A stretch of 64,000 bases of DNA. Origin: Gammaproteobacteria bacterium. GTDB lineage: Bacteria; Pseudomonadota; Gammaproteobacteria; Eutrophobiales; Eutrophobiaceae. This document shows positions 33,273 to 43,679 of this stretch, piece by piece (position 1 is the stretch's first letter; every line of letters begins with the position of its first letter). The translations under genes and the position numbers were made by a program. Location: positions 2,080,001-2,144,000 of the forward strand of contig CBDEUK010000002.1 of the NCBI GenBank assembly GCA_965243205.1, read 5' to 3'. The notes beneath the pieces are model-generated. The model worked only from the letters and a program-made list of their open reading frames with translations, did no database searches and had not been told where the DNA came from.

Positions 33273-34043
33273 TTAATTCAAGCAACAAATTAGTTGGAAA
33301 TCGACATCTTGTTTAATTTGTTGTGGACGATTTTCAAAAATCTCTTGAGTCATAAAACGAATGGAGAATCTATGTTTGCCAGCACTAATTTCAGGAAAGT
33401 AATTAACATCATTATCTAATATGATTCTAAGCAAGTAGCAGTTTACACTTGGATCTAAATTTTTTTGGAAGAAGCCTGATGTAGCTATTTCGTTCGTAGG
33501 ACTGTTCATATTTCTTAGAATGTATAAGCATAAGTTGACAGATTTTTCGAAATTTGATAATTCACTGCACATACCATTGATTAATTCATTTCTAGTTTTT
33601 AACGGGAGATTTAACCAATAATGGTAGTTAGGAAGATCAAAGTTACAGCCACCGCCAGTGATCATACTTCGTTGTTTTACTGAGGTTATTAATTCATGAT
33701 TAGCAAATAATTTTGCAGGGTGAATATCATAGCCATGAAGCTGCTCGAGTTGTTCATTGAGATCATCTAATAAACTAGATAACTGATTATGGTCGACATT
33801 TGGGTTGTTAAATAAATTCTTAAGTAATCCTAGATGTCGCTCTAATTCTTTGATGAGTTCGCTCTTAATATCTGATCGGCTGAGTAAATCTATAACATCA
33901 AGAATGGTTTTTATAGTATCTCTAGTATCTTGTATCGATGTGCCAGAACTGCGTTCATGGATAATGTCGAACAAGTATTCTAGACGCAGAAAAGTCCTGA
34001 TACGTTCGTTGAGAGGCTGTTCGTAGATGATAGATTTTTGCAC
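33273..34043 (-). CDS. zapD: Cell division protein ZapD
   Basis: YEQPLNERIRTFLRLE, FPEISAGKHRFSIRF. Confidence 0.96.
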   Translation of the reverse strand: MQKSIIYEQPLNERIRTFLRLEYLFDIIHERSSGTSIQDTRDTIKTILDVIDLLSRSDIKSELIKELERHLGLLKNLFNNPNVDHNQLSSLLDDLNEQLEQLHGYDIHPAKLFANHELITSVKQRSMITGGGCNFDLPNYHYWLNLPLKTRNELINGMCSELSNFEKSVNLCLYILRNMNSPTNEIATSGFFQKNLDPSVNCYLLRIILDNDVNYFPEISAGKHRFSIRFMTQEIFENRPQQIKQDVDFQLICCLN

Positions 34044-34105
34044 TTGGGTAAATTAGCGTGATTCAATGTTATTTTCCAGGGTTTCATTAAAAAAACACTA
34101 AAAAG

Positions 34106-34717
34106 CTATGAAATAGTCGAAGAAAGGCTAAGATAAAGGCTGTGAAGTTTGTTAACTTCATTTTTTAGATATTCCAATGAGAAACTGTTATCGATAATAT
34201 CATCTGCTAATTTCAATTTATCTTCTCTTGGTAGTTGAGAATTTATAATATTTTCAACATGTGTTTTTGAAACAGAATCTCTTTTCATGGTCCTTTCTAT
34301 TTGTAATTGAATAGGGCTATCAATATACACAACACGGTCTACGTGTTCAGTTCCATTTGTTTCGAATAATAAAGGTATTGCTATAATACAATAAGATGAT
34401 TGTACGAGATGTGCTTGTTCTTCGATTGATTGATATATTAATGGATGAAGAATTGAGTTTAATTGTTTGAGCTTTTTTTTATCTTGAAAAACTAATTCTC
34501 TTAGTTTCTTTCTATCAAGTGATTCTTTGTCAGTTAATAGAGTCGATCCAAAAACAGAAATTACTTTTTTTAAACCTTCACTACCAGGTTCAACAATATT
34601 TTTTGCTATTATATCTGCATCAATAATTGGAACGCCTAGTTTTTCAAAAAGATTACAAACAGTTGTTTTGCCGCTGCCAATACCACCTGTTAAACCTACC
34701 CGAAAAGGTTGATTCAT
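34106..34717 (-). CDS. coaE: Dephospho-CoA kinase
   Basis: GLTGGIGSGKT, IDAD, HPLI, IPLLFE. Confidence 0.97.
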   Translation of the reverse strand: MNQPFRVGLTGGIGSGKTTVCNLFEKLGVPIIDADIIAKNIVEPGSEGLKKVISVFGSTLLTDKESLDRKKLRELVFQDKKKLKQLNSILHPLIYQSIEEQAHLVQSSYCIIAIPLLFETNGTEHVDRVVYIDSPIQLQIERTMKRDSVSKTHVENIINSQLPREDKLKLADDIIDNSFSLEYLKNEVNKLHSLYLSLSSTIS

Positions 34718-34718
34718 C

Positions 34719-35594
34719 TTATAGATTTGCCCAGTTTAGATAGGAATTGATAATTTGTTCCCCCCAAAATACAGCGATCCAGCCTGCAATAGCGATATAA
34801 GGACCAAATGGAATTGGTTTAGATTTTTTATCCTTATCGAGCAATAATATTGTAATTCCGACTATTGCTCCTAGTATCGAAGACAATACAATAATAACCA
34901 AAAGATATTGATAGCCTAGCCAAGCACCAATCATGGAGAGTAATTTGAAGTCACCGTGTCCCATACCTTCTTTGCCTGTTATTAATTTAAAAACTATATA
35001 AACAGACCAAAAAGCTAAATAACCTAAAATAGCACCTAGCACTGAAGATTCTAAATTAGTAAATAGACTGAAATAATTGCAAAGAATACCTAGCCATAGC
35101 ATAGGTAAAGTAATATTGTCAGGTAATAGCTGATGATCAAAATCAATAAAGCTTAAAGCAATTAAGCTCCATGTAAAAAAAAGCAATAATAAAGTTTCTA
35201 GGCTAAACCCAAAAAAATATGCACAAATAAAAGATAGAATACCTGTTAATAGTTCCACAGATGGATAGCGGATTGAAATAGGCGCAGAACAGTTAGAACA
35301 TTTTCCTCTTAAGAATAAATAACTGATGATAGGAATATTTTCTATTGCAGTAATTCGATGATTACAATGTGGACAGGTTGATCGAGGAAATGATAGGTTA
35401 AATGGTTTATTATCAAAATTACTGGAATTACCAATTTCTAAAAAATCACAACAATCGCGTTTCCATTCTCGATGCAACATAATAGGTAGTCGATAAATGA
35501 CAACATTTAAAAAACTACCAACAGTTAAGCCTAGAATAAAAACGCATATCCACAAGAAAACATTAGAATGTTCTAAAAGATAGAAAAATTCCAT
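34719..35594 (-). CDS. pilD: Prepilin peptidase / N-methyltransferase
   Basis: GSFLNVVIYRLP, CPHC..CSNC, GMGHGDFKL, IPFGP. Confidence 0.97.
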   Translation of the reverse strand: MEFFYLLEHSNVFLWICVFILGLTVGSFLNVVIYRLPIMLHREWKRDCCDFLEIGNSSNFDNKPFNLSFPRSTCPHCNHRITAIENIPIISYLFLRGKCSNCSAPISIRYPSVELLTGILSFICAYFFGFSLETLLLLFFTWSLIALSFIDFDHQLLPDNITLPMLWLGILCNYFSLFTNLESSVLGAILGYLAFWSVYIVFKLITGKEGMGHGDFKLLSMIGAWLGYQYLLVIIVLSSILGAIVGITILLLDKDKKSKPIPFGPYIAIAGWIAVFWGEQIINSYLNWANL

Positions 35595-35624
35595 AATTCC
35601 AATGTTGTTTAGAATTTTTAGGGT

Positions 35625-36851
35625 TTATACCACTGAGCCAAGCTTGAAGATCGGCAAGTACATGCCAACAACAATGCCACCGATGACGACACCTAAAAAT
35701 GCCATAATCATAGGTTCTAGTAAGCTGGTTAACGCTTCAACAGCATCGTCGACTTCTTGTTCATACCAATCAGCAACTTTACCTAGCATCGTATCAATAG
35801 CACCAGATTCTTCACCAATAGCAACCATTTGCACAACCATGTTAGGGAATAATTGGGTATCACGCATGGCTGCTTGAAGTTGAGTACCAGTAGCAATTTC
35901 ATCACGCATTTTTATAGTTGCATCATGATAAACGATATTACCGCAGGCTCCTGCTACCGAGGTCATGGATTCTACTAAAGGCGTACCTGCTGCAAACATA
36001 GTTTCCAGAGTACGCGAAAAACGTGCTATCGCTGATTTTTCTAATATCTGTCCAATGACTGGAATCTTAAGAGACATTCGATCTAGAAAGTGTGCGAATT
36101 TTATGGATCGTTTTTTAGCCATACTAAAGCCAACAACAGCACCAACTATTATCCCTAACATTGCCCACCAATAATTTTGGAAAAATTTAGAGGTATCGAT
36201 CAATAACTGTGTTAGAGCAGGAAGATCAGCTCCAAAATTTGAAAATAATTCTTCGAATGCAGGTATTACAAACAACATCAAAATTGCTACGATAATAAAT
36301 GCAACAACAATTACCGCAGTTGGATAGAATAGCGCTGATTTGATTTTTGATTTCAGAGCTTCAGTCTTTTCCATATAGGTAGCTATCTTATGTAAGATAG
36401 CTTCTAAGATACCCGACTGCTCACCTGCTTGAACTAAGTTACAATATAGTTCATTAAATTGCAGCGGGTGTTTGCGTAGTGCTTCCGTTAAATTATTACC
36501 CGCTTCTACATCAGCTTTAATGCTTAATATTAAATCTTGCATGGCAGGGTTTTCATGGCCGCGGCCAGTGATCTCAAATGACTGAACTAATGGTACACCC
36601 GATGAAATCATCGTTGCTAATTGACGACTGAAGACAGTGATATCTTTGGAGGTAATCTTCTTTTTACCGCCACCGCCGAATAGAGGTTTTGGTTTCTTTT
36701 TAACTTTAAGAGGTTTTATACCTTGACGTCGTAGAGTTGCTTTGATCAGAGCATCGCTTTGCCCAGTCATTTCACCTTTAACACGTTTACCCGATTTGTC
36801 TTGGCCTTCCCAGACAAACATATCAGAACTTTTAACTGCAGCTTCAGCCAT
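35625..36851 (-). CDS. pilC: Type IV pilus platform protein PilC
   Basis: RQLATMISSGVPL, GEESG, LEPMIM, MYLPIF. Confidence 0.97.
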   Translation of the reverse strand: MAEAAVKSSDMFVWEGQDKSGKRVKGEMTGQSDALIKATLRRQGIKPLKVKKKPKPLFGGGGKKKITSKDITVFSRQLATMISSGVPLVQSFEITGRGHENPAMQDLILSIKADVEAGNNLTEALRKHPLQFNELYCNLVQAGEQSGILEAILHKIATYMEKTEALKSKIKSALFYPTAVIVVAFIIVAILMLFVIPAFEELFSNFGADLPALTQLLIDTSKFFQNYWWAMLGIIVGAVVGFSMAKKRSIKFAHFLDRMSLKIPVIGQILEKSAIARFSRTLETMFAAGTPLVESMTSVAGACGNIVYHDATIKMRDEIATGTQLQAAMRDTQLFPNMVVQMVAIGEESGAIDTMLGKVADWYEQEVDDAVEALTSLLEPMIMAFLGVVIGGIVVGMYLPIFKLGSVV

Positions 36852-36856
36852 AATAA

Positions 36857-38578
36857 TTACTCAACAGTTACACGATTGATTTCAGCGAGGCTGGTTAAAC
36901 CAGCTTTCACTTTTTCTAACCCAGATTTTCGAATATCCCAAACGCCTTCAGCATTTGCCTGATCAGCAAGTTTGACAGCGTTGGCCCCTTCAATAATTAG
37001 TCGCTTCATATCTTCAGAAATCGGCATGACTTGGTAGATACCTGCACGGCCTTTATAGCCGCTTGGGCAATCAGCTCCACCATCTCCTGGCCCAAATACA
37101 GTGAATCCTTCTTTGATTTCTTCTTTAGTAAAACCTTCTTCCAATAAAGCATCTTCAGGCATTTCGATTGGGACTTTATAATCAGGATGTAAACGACGAC
37201 ATAAACGTTGTCCGGTGATTAAATTAATAGATGTCGCAACCGCAAATGCTTGAATGCCCATATCTTGTAAGCGGGTTAATGTTTGCGGGCCATCATTAGT
37301 ATGTAAAGTAGACATAACCATATGGCCTGTTTGAGCAGCCTTTACTGCGATAGATCCTGTTTCTAAATCACGTATCTCACCAACAAGAATGATATCTGGA
37401 TCTTGGCGTAAAAACGCTTTTAATGCTTTAGGGAAAGTCATTCCGGTTCGTTCGTCAACTTGCACTTGGTTTACGCCAGGTAAGTTAATCTCGACCGGAT
37501 CTTCAGCAGTCGAAATATTAATATCTTGTTTATTAAGAATGTTTATACCAGTATAGAGTGAAACCGTTTTACCACTACCAGTAGGGCCAGTTACTAAAAA
37601 CATTCCATAGGGTTTATGTAAGTTTTTCAAAAATAATTCTTTTTGGAAATCTTCATAACCAAGTTGGTCAATCTGTAGTGCTGCAGCGTCAGAATCTAAA
37701 ATACGCATTACAGTTTTTTCACCATACATAGTCGGACAGGTGCTGACACGAAAATCGATGGCTTTATTTTTAGTAATTTTTAATTTGATACGTCCGTCTT
37801 GCGGTACACGACGTTCCGAAACGTCAAGGCGAGACATGACTTTAATTCTTGCTGCTAGTTTGCCGGATAATGATAGTGGTGGTTTTGAGACTTCCTCAAG
37901 TACACCATCAATACGAAAACGTACTCGATAATATTTTTCATAAGGTTCGAAGTGTAAGTCTGAAGCCCCTTTTTTGATGGCATCCAGTAAAACTTTATTT
38001 ACGAATTTAACGACAGGTGCATCGTCGATATCACTGTCTTGGTCATCGTCAGTTGGAGTGTCATCACCAAATTCTATATCTTCTAGCCCTTCAAACTCTT
38101 CTCCATCCATATCATCAAGGCCACCGTCAGCTTCATCAAGTGCCTTATCAATTGTCGCGGCCAATTTATGTTCTTCTACCAGGATTGCTTCGGTAGTCAT
38201 GCTGGTGGCAAATTTAATCTCGTCCAATGCGACTAGGTTAGTTGGGTCAGATACGGCAACAAACAAGCGGGCCCCACGCTTAAAAATAGGTAAGGCATGA
38301 TGTTTTTTGATCATGTCTTCTTTTAATAATTTAGTAATTTCTGAGTCGAGTTCAAAGCAGTCTATATCAACGAGGGGGACGCCGAATTCATTGGAAGCGG
38401 CTAATGCTATTTTGTCACTATCAACGAGATTATGTTGAACCAGATATGAAACAAAAGGCTGTTTCTCAGATTGAGCCTTTTGAAAAGCATCCAGAGCAGC
38501 TTGTTCTTCGATCAATCCATCAGTGACTAGCTTACGTGCCAAGCCACTAAGATGTACTTTATTTGCTGGGACTACCAT
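36857..38578 (-). CDS. pilB: Type IV pilus extension ATPase PilB
   Basis: GPTGSGKT, TAEDPVE, LRQDPD, TGHMVMSTLHTND; Zn-binding cysteines absent. Confidence 0.97.
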   Translation of the reverse strand: MVVPANKVHLSGLARKLVTDGLIEEQAALDAFQKAQSEKQPFVSYLVQHNLVDSDKIALAASNEFGVPLVDIDCFELDSEITKLLKEDMIKKHHALPIFKRGARLFVAVSDPTNLVALDEIKFATSMTTEAILVEEHKLAATIDKALDEADGGLDDMDGEEFEGLEDIEFGDDTPTDDDQDSDIDDAPVVKFVNKVLLDAIKKGASDLHFEPYEKYYRVRFRIDGVLEEVSKPPLSLSGKLAARIKVMSRLDVSERRVPQDGRIKLKITKNKAIDFRVSTCPTMYGEKTVMRILDSDAAALQIDQLGYEDFQKELFLKNLHKPYGMFLVTGPTGSGKTVSLYTGINILNKQDINISTAEDPVEINLPGVNQVQVDERTGMTFPKALKAFLRQDPDIILVGEIRDLETGSIAVKAAQTGHMVMSTLHTNDGPQTLTRLQDMGIQAFAVATSINLITGQRLCRRLHPDYKVPIEMPEDALLEEGFTKEEIKEGFTVFGPGDGGADCPSGYKGRAGIYQVMPISEDMKRLIIEGANAVKLADQANAEGVWDIRKSGLEKVKAGLTSLAEINRVTVE

Positions 38579-38610
38579 GACTTAATTTAAGACTCCCAAA
38601 TTGAAATGAA

Positions 38611-38672
38611 ATAGTAGTGTATAACCAAAGCTTGACCAATTCTCTGATCACATAACTGTCGTCTATTTCACA
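38611..38672 (-). promoter_or_regulatory. Putative pilB promoter with CRP/Vfr-like site
   Basis: Minus strand TGTGA-N6-CGACA (38657-38672); TTGGTC-17-TACTAT (38639 to 38611). Confidence 0.4.
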
Positions 38673-38792
38673 GCAATTATTGTTTTTTTGATGGACGGAA
38701 CTATTCCGACTATATTATCAATACAGAGATTAAAGCAAAAATACCAAGCTATTTCAATTATTTATACTAATTAATTCGTAAAATTTTTAAGT

Positions 38793-41369
38793 TTATTCAG
38801 TGTTGAACTTTAGCTGATTATTTTGATAATCGACTTTTATTGTATCCCCACTCGCAAAATCACCAGCTAATATTTTTTTCGCTAAATTTGACTCTAAATT
38901 TGTCTGAATAGCACGTTTTAGCGGACGAGCTCCAAACACTGGGTCAAAACCGGCTTCACCGATAAAGTCTTTAGCGGCATCAGAGATAATAATTTCAATA
39001 TCTTGTTCTTTGAGACGTTTGCTGAGCCGGTCAATTTGCACATCTGTGATAGCACGGATTTGTGCTTTTTGAAGTGCATGGAAGACGACAATTTCATCAA
39101 TACGGTTAATGAATTCAGGACGAAAATGTTGGCCAACCACTTCTAAAACCGTGGATTTTAACTGTTCGTAATCATTGTTCTCGGACTCTGATTGAATCAA
39201 TTCAGAACCTAGGTTTGAAGTCATAACAATCACGGTATTTCTAAAGTCGACAGTACGGCCTTGGCCGTCGGTTAAACGTCCATCATCTAATACTTGAAGT
39301 AATATATTAAAGACATCAGGGTGCGCTTTTTCAACTTCGTCCAATAGAACTAAAGAATAGGGTCGACGACGAATCGCTTCAGTGAGATAACCACCAGCAT
39401 CGTATCCAACATATCCAGGCGGAGCCCCGATCAAACGTGCGACAGAATGCTTTTCCATAAACTCTGACATATCGACTCTGACCATAGCGTCTTCAGTGTC
39501 GAAAAGAAATTCAGCCAAACTTTTACACAATTCCGTTTTACCAACACCGGTTGGCCCGAGAAACATAAATGAACCATTAGGGCGGTTCGGATCGGACAAA
39601 CCTGCACGTGAGCGACGAATCGCATTGGCAACTGCATCAATTGCTTCATTTTGACCAATTACCCGTTTATGTAATGCGTCTTCCATTTGCAGTAATTTTT
39701 CTTTCTCACCAGAAAGCATTTTTGCAACAGGAATCCCAGTCCATTTTGAAACCACTTCCGCAATCTCATTTTCAGAGACTTTATTGCGAAGTAATTTCAT
39801 ATCTTGCATTTCGGCTTGAGCAGCTATATCGAGTTGTTTTTCCAATTGAGGTATTAAACCGTATTGCAATTCAGACATACGGCTTAAATCACCGTTACGT
39901 TGCGCGGTTAAAAACTCTTGGCGTGCTTGTTCAAGTTTTTCTTTGATATTGTGAGTGCCTTGAAGCGCAGCCTTTTCGGATAGCCAGATTTCTTCTAGGT
40001 CAGAAAACTCACGTTCAATATTTGAAATTTCATCTTCTAAATCTTGTAAACGTTTTTTTGAAGCATCATCCGTTTCTTTCTTTAAGGCTTCGCGCTCGAT
40101 TTTCATTTGGATCAAACGGCGTTCTAAGCGATCCATGCTTTCTGGTTTGGAATCGATTTCTATGCTGATTCGACTAGCCGATTCATCGATCAAATCAATG
40201 GCTTTATCGGGTAGTTGTCGATCAGAAATATAACGATGCGATAACGTTGCGGCAGCAACAATCGCCGGATCAGTGATTTGTACGTTATGGTGTACTTCGT
40301 ATTTTTCTTTTAAACCGCGCAATATCGCAATGGCATCTTCAACACTGGGTTCATTGACCAGTACTTTTTGGAAACGTCTTTCTAAAGCTGCATCTTTTTC
40401 AATGTTTTCACGATATTCATCTAAGGTGGTCGCTCCTACACAATGTAATTCACCACGAGCCAGCGCCGGCTTCAACATATTCCCTGCATCCATAGCACCT
40501 TCGGCTTTACCTGCTCCGACCATGGTATGAACTTCATCTATGAATAAAATGATTTGACCTTCTTGTTTTGAAAGATCATTTAATACCGCTTTTAATCGCT
40601 CCTCAAACTCACCACGAAATTTAGCACCTGCGATCAAAGCGCCTAAATCTAAAGATAATAAACGTTTATTTTTTAAGGCATCCGGCACTTCGCCATTGAT
40701 GATACGTTGTGCCAAGCCTTCAACAATGGCTGTTTTTCCGACACCAGGCTCACCAATTAACACAGGATTGTTTTTGGTACGACGTTGTAAAACTTGTATG
40801 GTACGACGGATCTCTTCATCGCGACCTATCACCGGATCGAGTTTGCCGGATTCAGCTCGAGCTGTTAAATCAATAGTATATTTTTCTAAAGCTTGACGAT
40901 GTTCTTCGGCATTAGGATCATTGACAGCTTCACCGCCACGAATTTTTTCAATGGTGTTTGCTAGTGATGATTTAGTTGCTCCAGCAGTTGTTAATAATTC
41001 ACTGATTTCATTTTTATCCGCCATTGCTGCCAATAAAAATAATTCGCTGGAGATATATTGATCGTTTCTATCTTGGGCTAACTTATCTGAAATGTTTAAT
41101 AGACGTTCAAGATTTTTAGAGATGTGAACATTGCCTTGATTACCAGAAACAGTCGGTATGCGATTAAGAATCGATTCGAGTTCTTGCTTAATCTTAACGA
41201 TATTTCCGCCAGCATTTTGTAAAACATTTTTGATGCTGGAATTATTTTGATCGAGCATCGCTGTGAGTACATGAGCCGGTTCCATGAATTGATGGTCACG
41301 ACCCACAGCAATGCTTTGTGCATCCGCTAATGCCACTTGAAAGTTTGTCGTTAATCTATCAGGTCTCAT
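38793..41369 (-). CDS. clpB: ATP-dependent chaperone ClpB
   Basis: Two Walker A motifs ([16 protein letters not shown]), coiled-coil M domain, GARPL. Confidence 0.98.
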   Translation of the reverse strand: MRPDRLTTNFQVALADAQSIAVGRDHQFMEPAHVLTAMLDQNNSSIKNVLQNAGGNIVKIKQELESILNRIPTVSGNQGNVHISKNLERLLNISDKLAQDRNDQYISSELFLLAAMADKNEISELLTTAGATKSSLANTIEKIRGGEAVNDPNAEEHRQALEKYTIDLTARAESGKLDPVIGRDEEIRRTIQVLQRRTKNNPVLIGEPGVGKTAIVEGLAQRIINGEVPDALKNKRLLSLDLGALIAGAKFRGEFEERLKAVLNDLSKQEGQIILFIDEVHTMVGAGKAEGAMDAGNMLKPALARGELHCVGATTLDEYRENIEKDAALERRFQKVLVNEPSVEDAIAILRGLKEKYEVHHNVQITDPAIVAAATLSHRYISDRQLPDKAIDLIDESASRISIEIDSKPESMDRLERRLIQMKIEREALKKETDDASKKRLQDLEDEISNIEREFSDLEEIWLSEKAALQGTHNIKEKLEQARQEFLTAQRNGDLSRMSELQYGLIPQLEKQLDIAAQAEMQDMKLLRNKVSENEIAEVVSKWTGIPVAKMLSGEKEKLLQMEDALHKRVIGQNEAIDAVANAIRRSRAGLSDPNRPNGSFMFLGPTGVGKTELCKSLAEFLFDTEDAMVRVDMSEFMEKHSVARLIGAPPGYVGYDAGGYLTEAIRRRPYSLVLLDEVEKAHPDVFNILLQVLDDGRLTDGQGRTVDFRNTVIVMTSNLGSELIQSESENNDYEQLKSTVLEVVGQHFRPEFINRIDEIVVFHALQKAQIRAITDVQIDRLSKRLKEQDIEIIISDAAKDFIGEAGFDPVFGARPLKRAIQTNLESNLAKKILAGDFASGDTIKVDYQNNQLKFNTE

Positions 41370-41409
41370 TGAAAATCCTCATAACACATATTAATTTGTT
41401 ATAAGAGAT

Positions 41410-41436
41410 ATATGGGCGTGATATAAACGAATCAAG
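41410..41436 (-). promoter_or_regulatory. Sigma32 (RpoH) heat-shock promoter of clpB
   Basis: Minus strand CTTGAT-N13-GCCCATAT versus consensus CTTGAA-N13/14-CCCCAT. Confidence 0.8.
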
Positions 41437-41466
41437 TGATCATGTAACTTTTAACGTTGATCTAAA

Positions 41467-42885
41467 TCAATACACACCAATATCGATATACGATTTAGAA
41501 ATTTTATTGACCGCAACTGCAAAGGCTGCTGTTCGGAAATCATCTATCTTATCGTTAGAACGCAGAGTTGTTAGGATTTCTTGGAAAGCTAAACGCATCG
41601 TATCATCTAAACCTGAACGAACCAGATCTAACTCATCAGCACCTTTGATAAAATCTTCATGCAAATGTTTAGGAGCTGGTTTGCCAGTCATTTCTTCAAG
41701 ACCGCGTAAGATCGATTCGCCCTTTAGCTCATCATAACGACGTTCCATACGACCAAAACGAATCCGTGACAAGTTTCTAACCCATTCAAAATACGAAACG
41801 GTTACACCACCTGCGTTAACATACGCATCGGGTAGGATTATGACACCACGTTCTTTTAAGATTTGATCGGCTTCAAAAGTTACAGGGCCGTTAGCAGCTT
41901 CAACAATCAATTTGGCTTTTATGTTAGCAGCATTCTCACCATTAATTTGTGCTTCTAAAGCAGCAGGAATAAGGATGTCGCATTCTTTTTCCAGAGCTGA
42001 TTTACCGTTTTCATCAAACTCAGCATAAGGAAAACCTTTGATGGTTTTATGTTCAACAATATGCTGATAAAGTTTTTCGATTGGTATACCTTCATCATTA
42101 ATTAGAACACCATCGCGTTCGATGACCGCAGTGATTTTTGCGTCATCTTCTTCATCCAATAATTTGGCTGCGTAGTAGCCTACATTTCCTAAACCTTGAA
42201 TAACAATGTTTTTACCACCCAAGCCATCGCTTAAACCAGCTGCTTTGACTTCTTCTGGGTGACGAAAAAATTCTCTCATTGCGTAGACCACGCCACGACC
42301 AGTTGCTTCTTTACGACCACGGATACCACCGTGGCTAACAGGTTTACCAGTCACACAGCCCAAATAACTGATGTCCTCTGGATGTAGATGTTTGTAGGTA
42401 TCTGCCATCCAAGCCATTTCACGTTCGCCAGTTCCCATATCAGGTGCTGGTACATTCATGGCTGGACTTAAGAAACCTTTGCGGATTAGTTCTCTAGCAA
42501 AACGACGTGTGATCGCTTGCATCTCTTCACGAGTATATTCACGAGGGTCTATTAATAGACCACCTTTAGAACCGCCGAATGGTACATCAACAATCGCGCA
42601 TTTGTAGGTCATCAAAGCAGCCAGTGCTTCGACTTCATCTTGGTTCACGATAGGCGCATAGCGAATTCCACCTTTAGCAGGTAAACGATGAGTACTATGA
42701 ACGGCACGCCAGCCAGTAAAGATTTCGATTTTTCCACGAATGTTAACAGGAAATTGAACTTCAAGAGTGGCATTACAGGCTTTGATTGCATTGGCAATAT
42801 CGGATTCCATACCTAAAGCAGTGAATGCTCTATCGGCCATATGGTTAACACTTTCACTGAACGATAGTTGGTTAGTGGCTGACAT
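41467..42885 (-). CDS. Glutamate dehydrogenase (Glu/Leu/Phe/Val family, animal-GDH-like clade)
   Basis: KGGIRY, VPFGGSKGG, VPAPDMGT, GLGNVG, NAGGVTVSYFEW. Confidence 0.93.
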   Translation of the reverse strand: MSATNQLSFSESVNHMADRAFTALGMESDIANAIKACNATLEVQFPVNIRGKIEIFTGWRAVHSTHRLPAKGGIRYAPIVNQDEVEALAALMTYKCAIVDVPFGGSKGGLLIDPREYTREEMQAITRRFARELIRKGFLSPAMNVPAPDMGTGEREMAWMADTYKHLHPEDISYLGCVTGKPVSHGGIRGRKEATGRGVVYAMREFFRHPEEVKAAGLSDGLGGKNIVIQGLGNVGYYAAKLLDEEDDAKITAVIERDGVLINDEGIPIEKLYQHIVEHKTIKGFPYAEFDENGKSALEKECDILIPAALEAQINGENAANIKAKLIVEAANGPVTFEADQILKERGVIILPDAYVNAGGVTVSYFEWVRNLSRIRFGRMERRYDELKGESILRGLEEMTGKPAPKHLHEDFIKGADELDLVRSGLDDTMRLAFQEILTTLRSNDKIDDFRTAAFAVAVNKISKSYIDIGVY

Positions 42886-42947
42886 CTTCGATTCCTCTTA
42901 GTTATTAGTTTAGTGCGTCCTAGCCCTAAACGATTAGCTAGGAAACA

Positions 42948-43679
42948 TCAGTAATCCATCCAAATTAAGCTTGCCATTCTTCCAGTCACACCATCGCGTC
43001 GATAGGAATACCAGAAGTCCGATTCTGAATAAGTACAATGTTCAGAGTCATATACTGTTTCAATTCCATGACGGTTTAATGTTGTTGTAACCATGCCTTT
43101 TAAATCCATTAACCAATGGTTTTCTCGGTTAGCCTCAAAAAATCGTTCAAATTCGTTATTCGTCTTTATAAAAACATCACGAACTGGTTTATCGATCTCA
43201 TAGTGTGTTTTACTAATACACGGACCTAACCAAGCCATTGTTGCCGGTGGAGATGAAAATGTTTTTAAGGCATTTTCGACGATGCCATTATAAAACCCTC
43301 TCCAACCTACATGGATTGCTGCAACTAAATGTCTTTTGGTATCACATAACAACAGTGGCAAACAGTCTGCGGTAAGAACTGCAACAACCATGCCGTGTTT
43401 TGAGGTGTAACTGCCATCACAATTTGCTTGTGTAATTAAAGGGTTAGCTTCAATCACTTTATTGCTATGGGTTTGATTTAGCCAATAAGGTTCGGAGGGT
43501 AATTGAAGTAAAGAGAATATTTGTTGGCGATTGTTTTCTATATCTGTTTCAGAATCATCCACATGTTTGGCGAGATTTAATTGTTCATATGGCGCTTTGC
43601 TGATGCCACCGATACGAGTTGTAGTACCGGCACGTAGCCAATCAGGGGCAGGCCAATTTGCTTCAAGCCAGCTCTTCAT
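42948..43679 (-). CDS. pgeF: Peptidoglycan editing factor / purine nucleoside phosphorylase YfiH
   Basis: WLNQTH, LTADCLP, HVGWRG, YSYRRDG. Confidence 0.95.
   Translation of the reverse strand: MKSWLEANWPAPDWLRAGTTTRIGGISKAPYEQLNLAKHVDDSETDIENNRQQIFSLLQLPSEPYWLNQTHSNKVIEANPLITQANCDGSYTSKHGMVVAVLTADCLPLLLCDTKRHLVAAIHVGWRGFYNGIVENALKTFSSPPATMAWLGPCISKTHYEIDKPVRDVFIKTNNEFERFFEANRENHWLMDLKGMVTTTLNRHGIETVYDSEHCTYSESDFWYSYRRDGVTGRMASLIWMDY

Noticed and set aside
30907-35594. Visibly more AT-rich stretch (argJ to pilD)
   Set aside because: All genes are core and in conserved synteny, with no mobility genes or flanking repeats. I did not quantify composition, so it is not called as an island.
42918-42943. 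TCCTAGC/GCTAGGA inverted repeat upstream of gdh
   Set aside because: Only 7 bp with a 12-nt loop and no U-tail; not enough to assign a function
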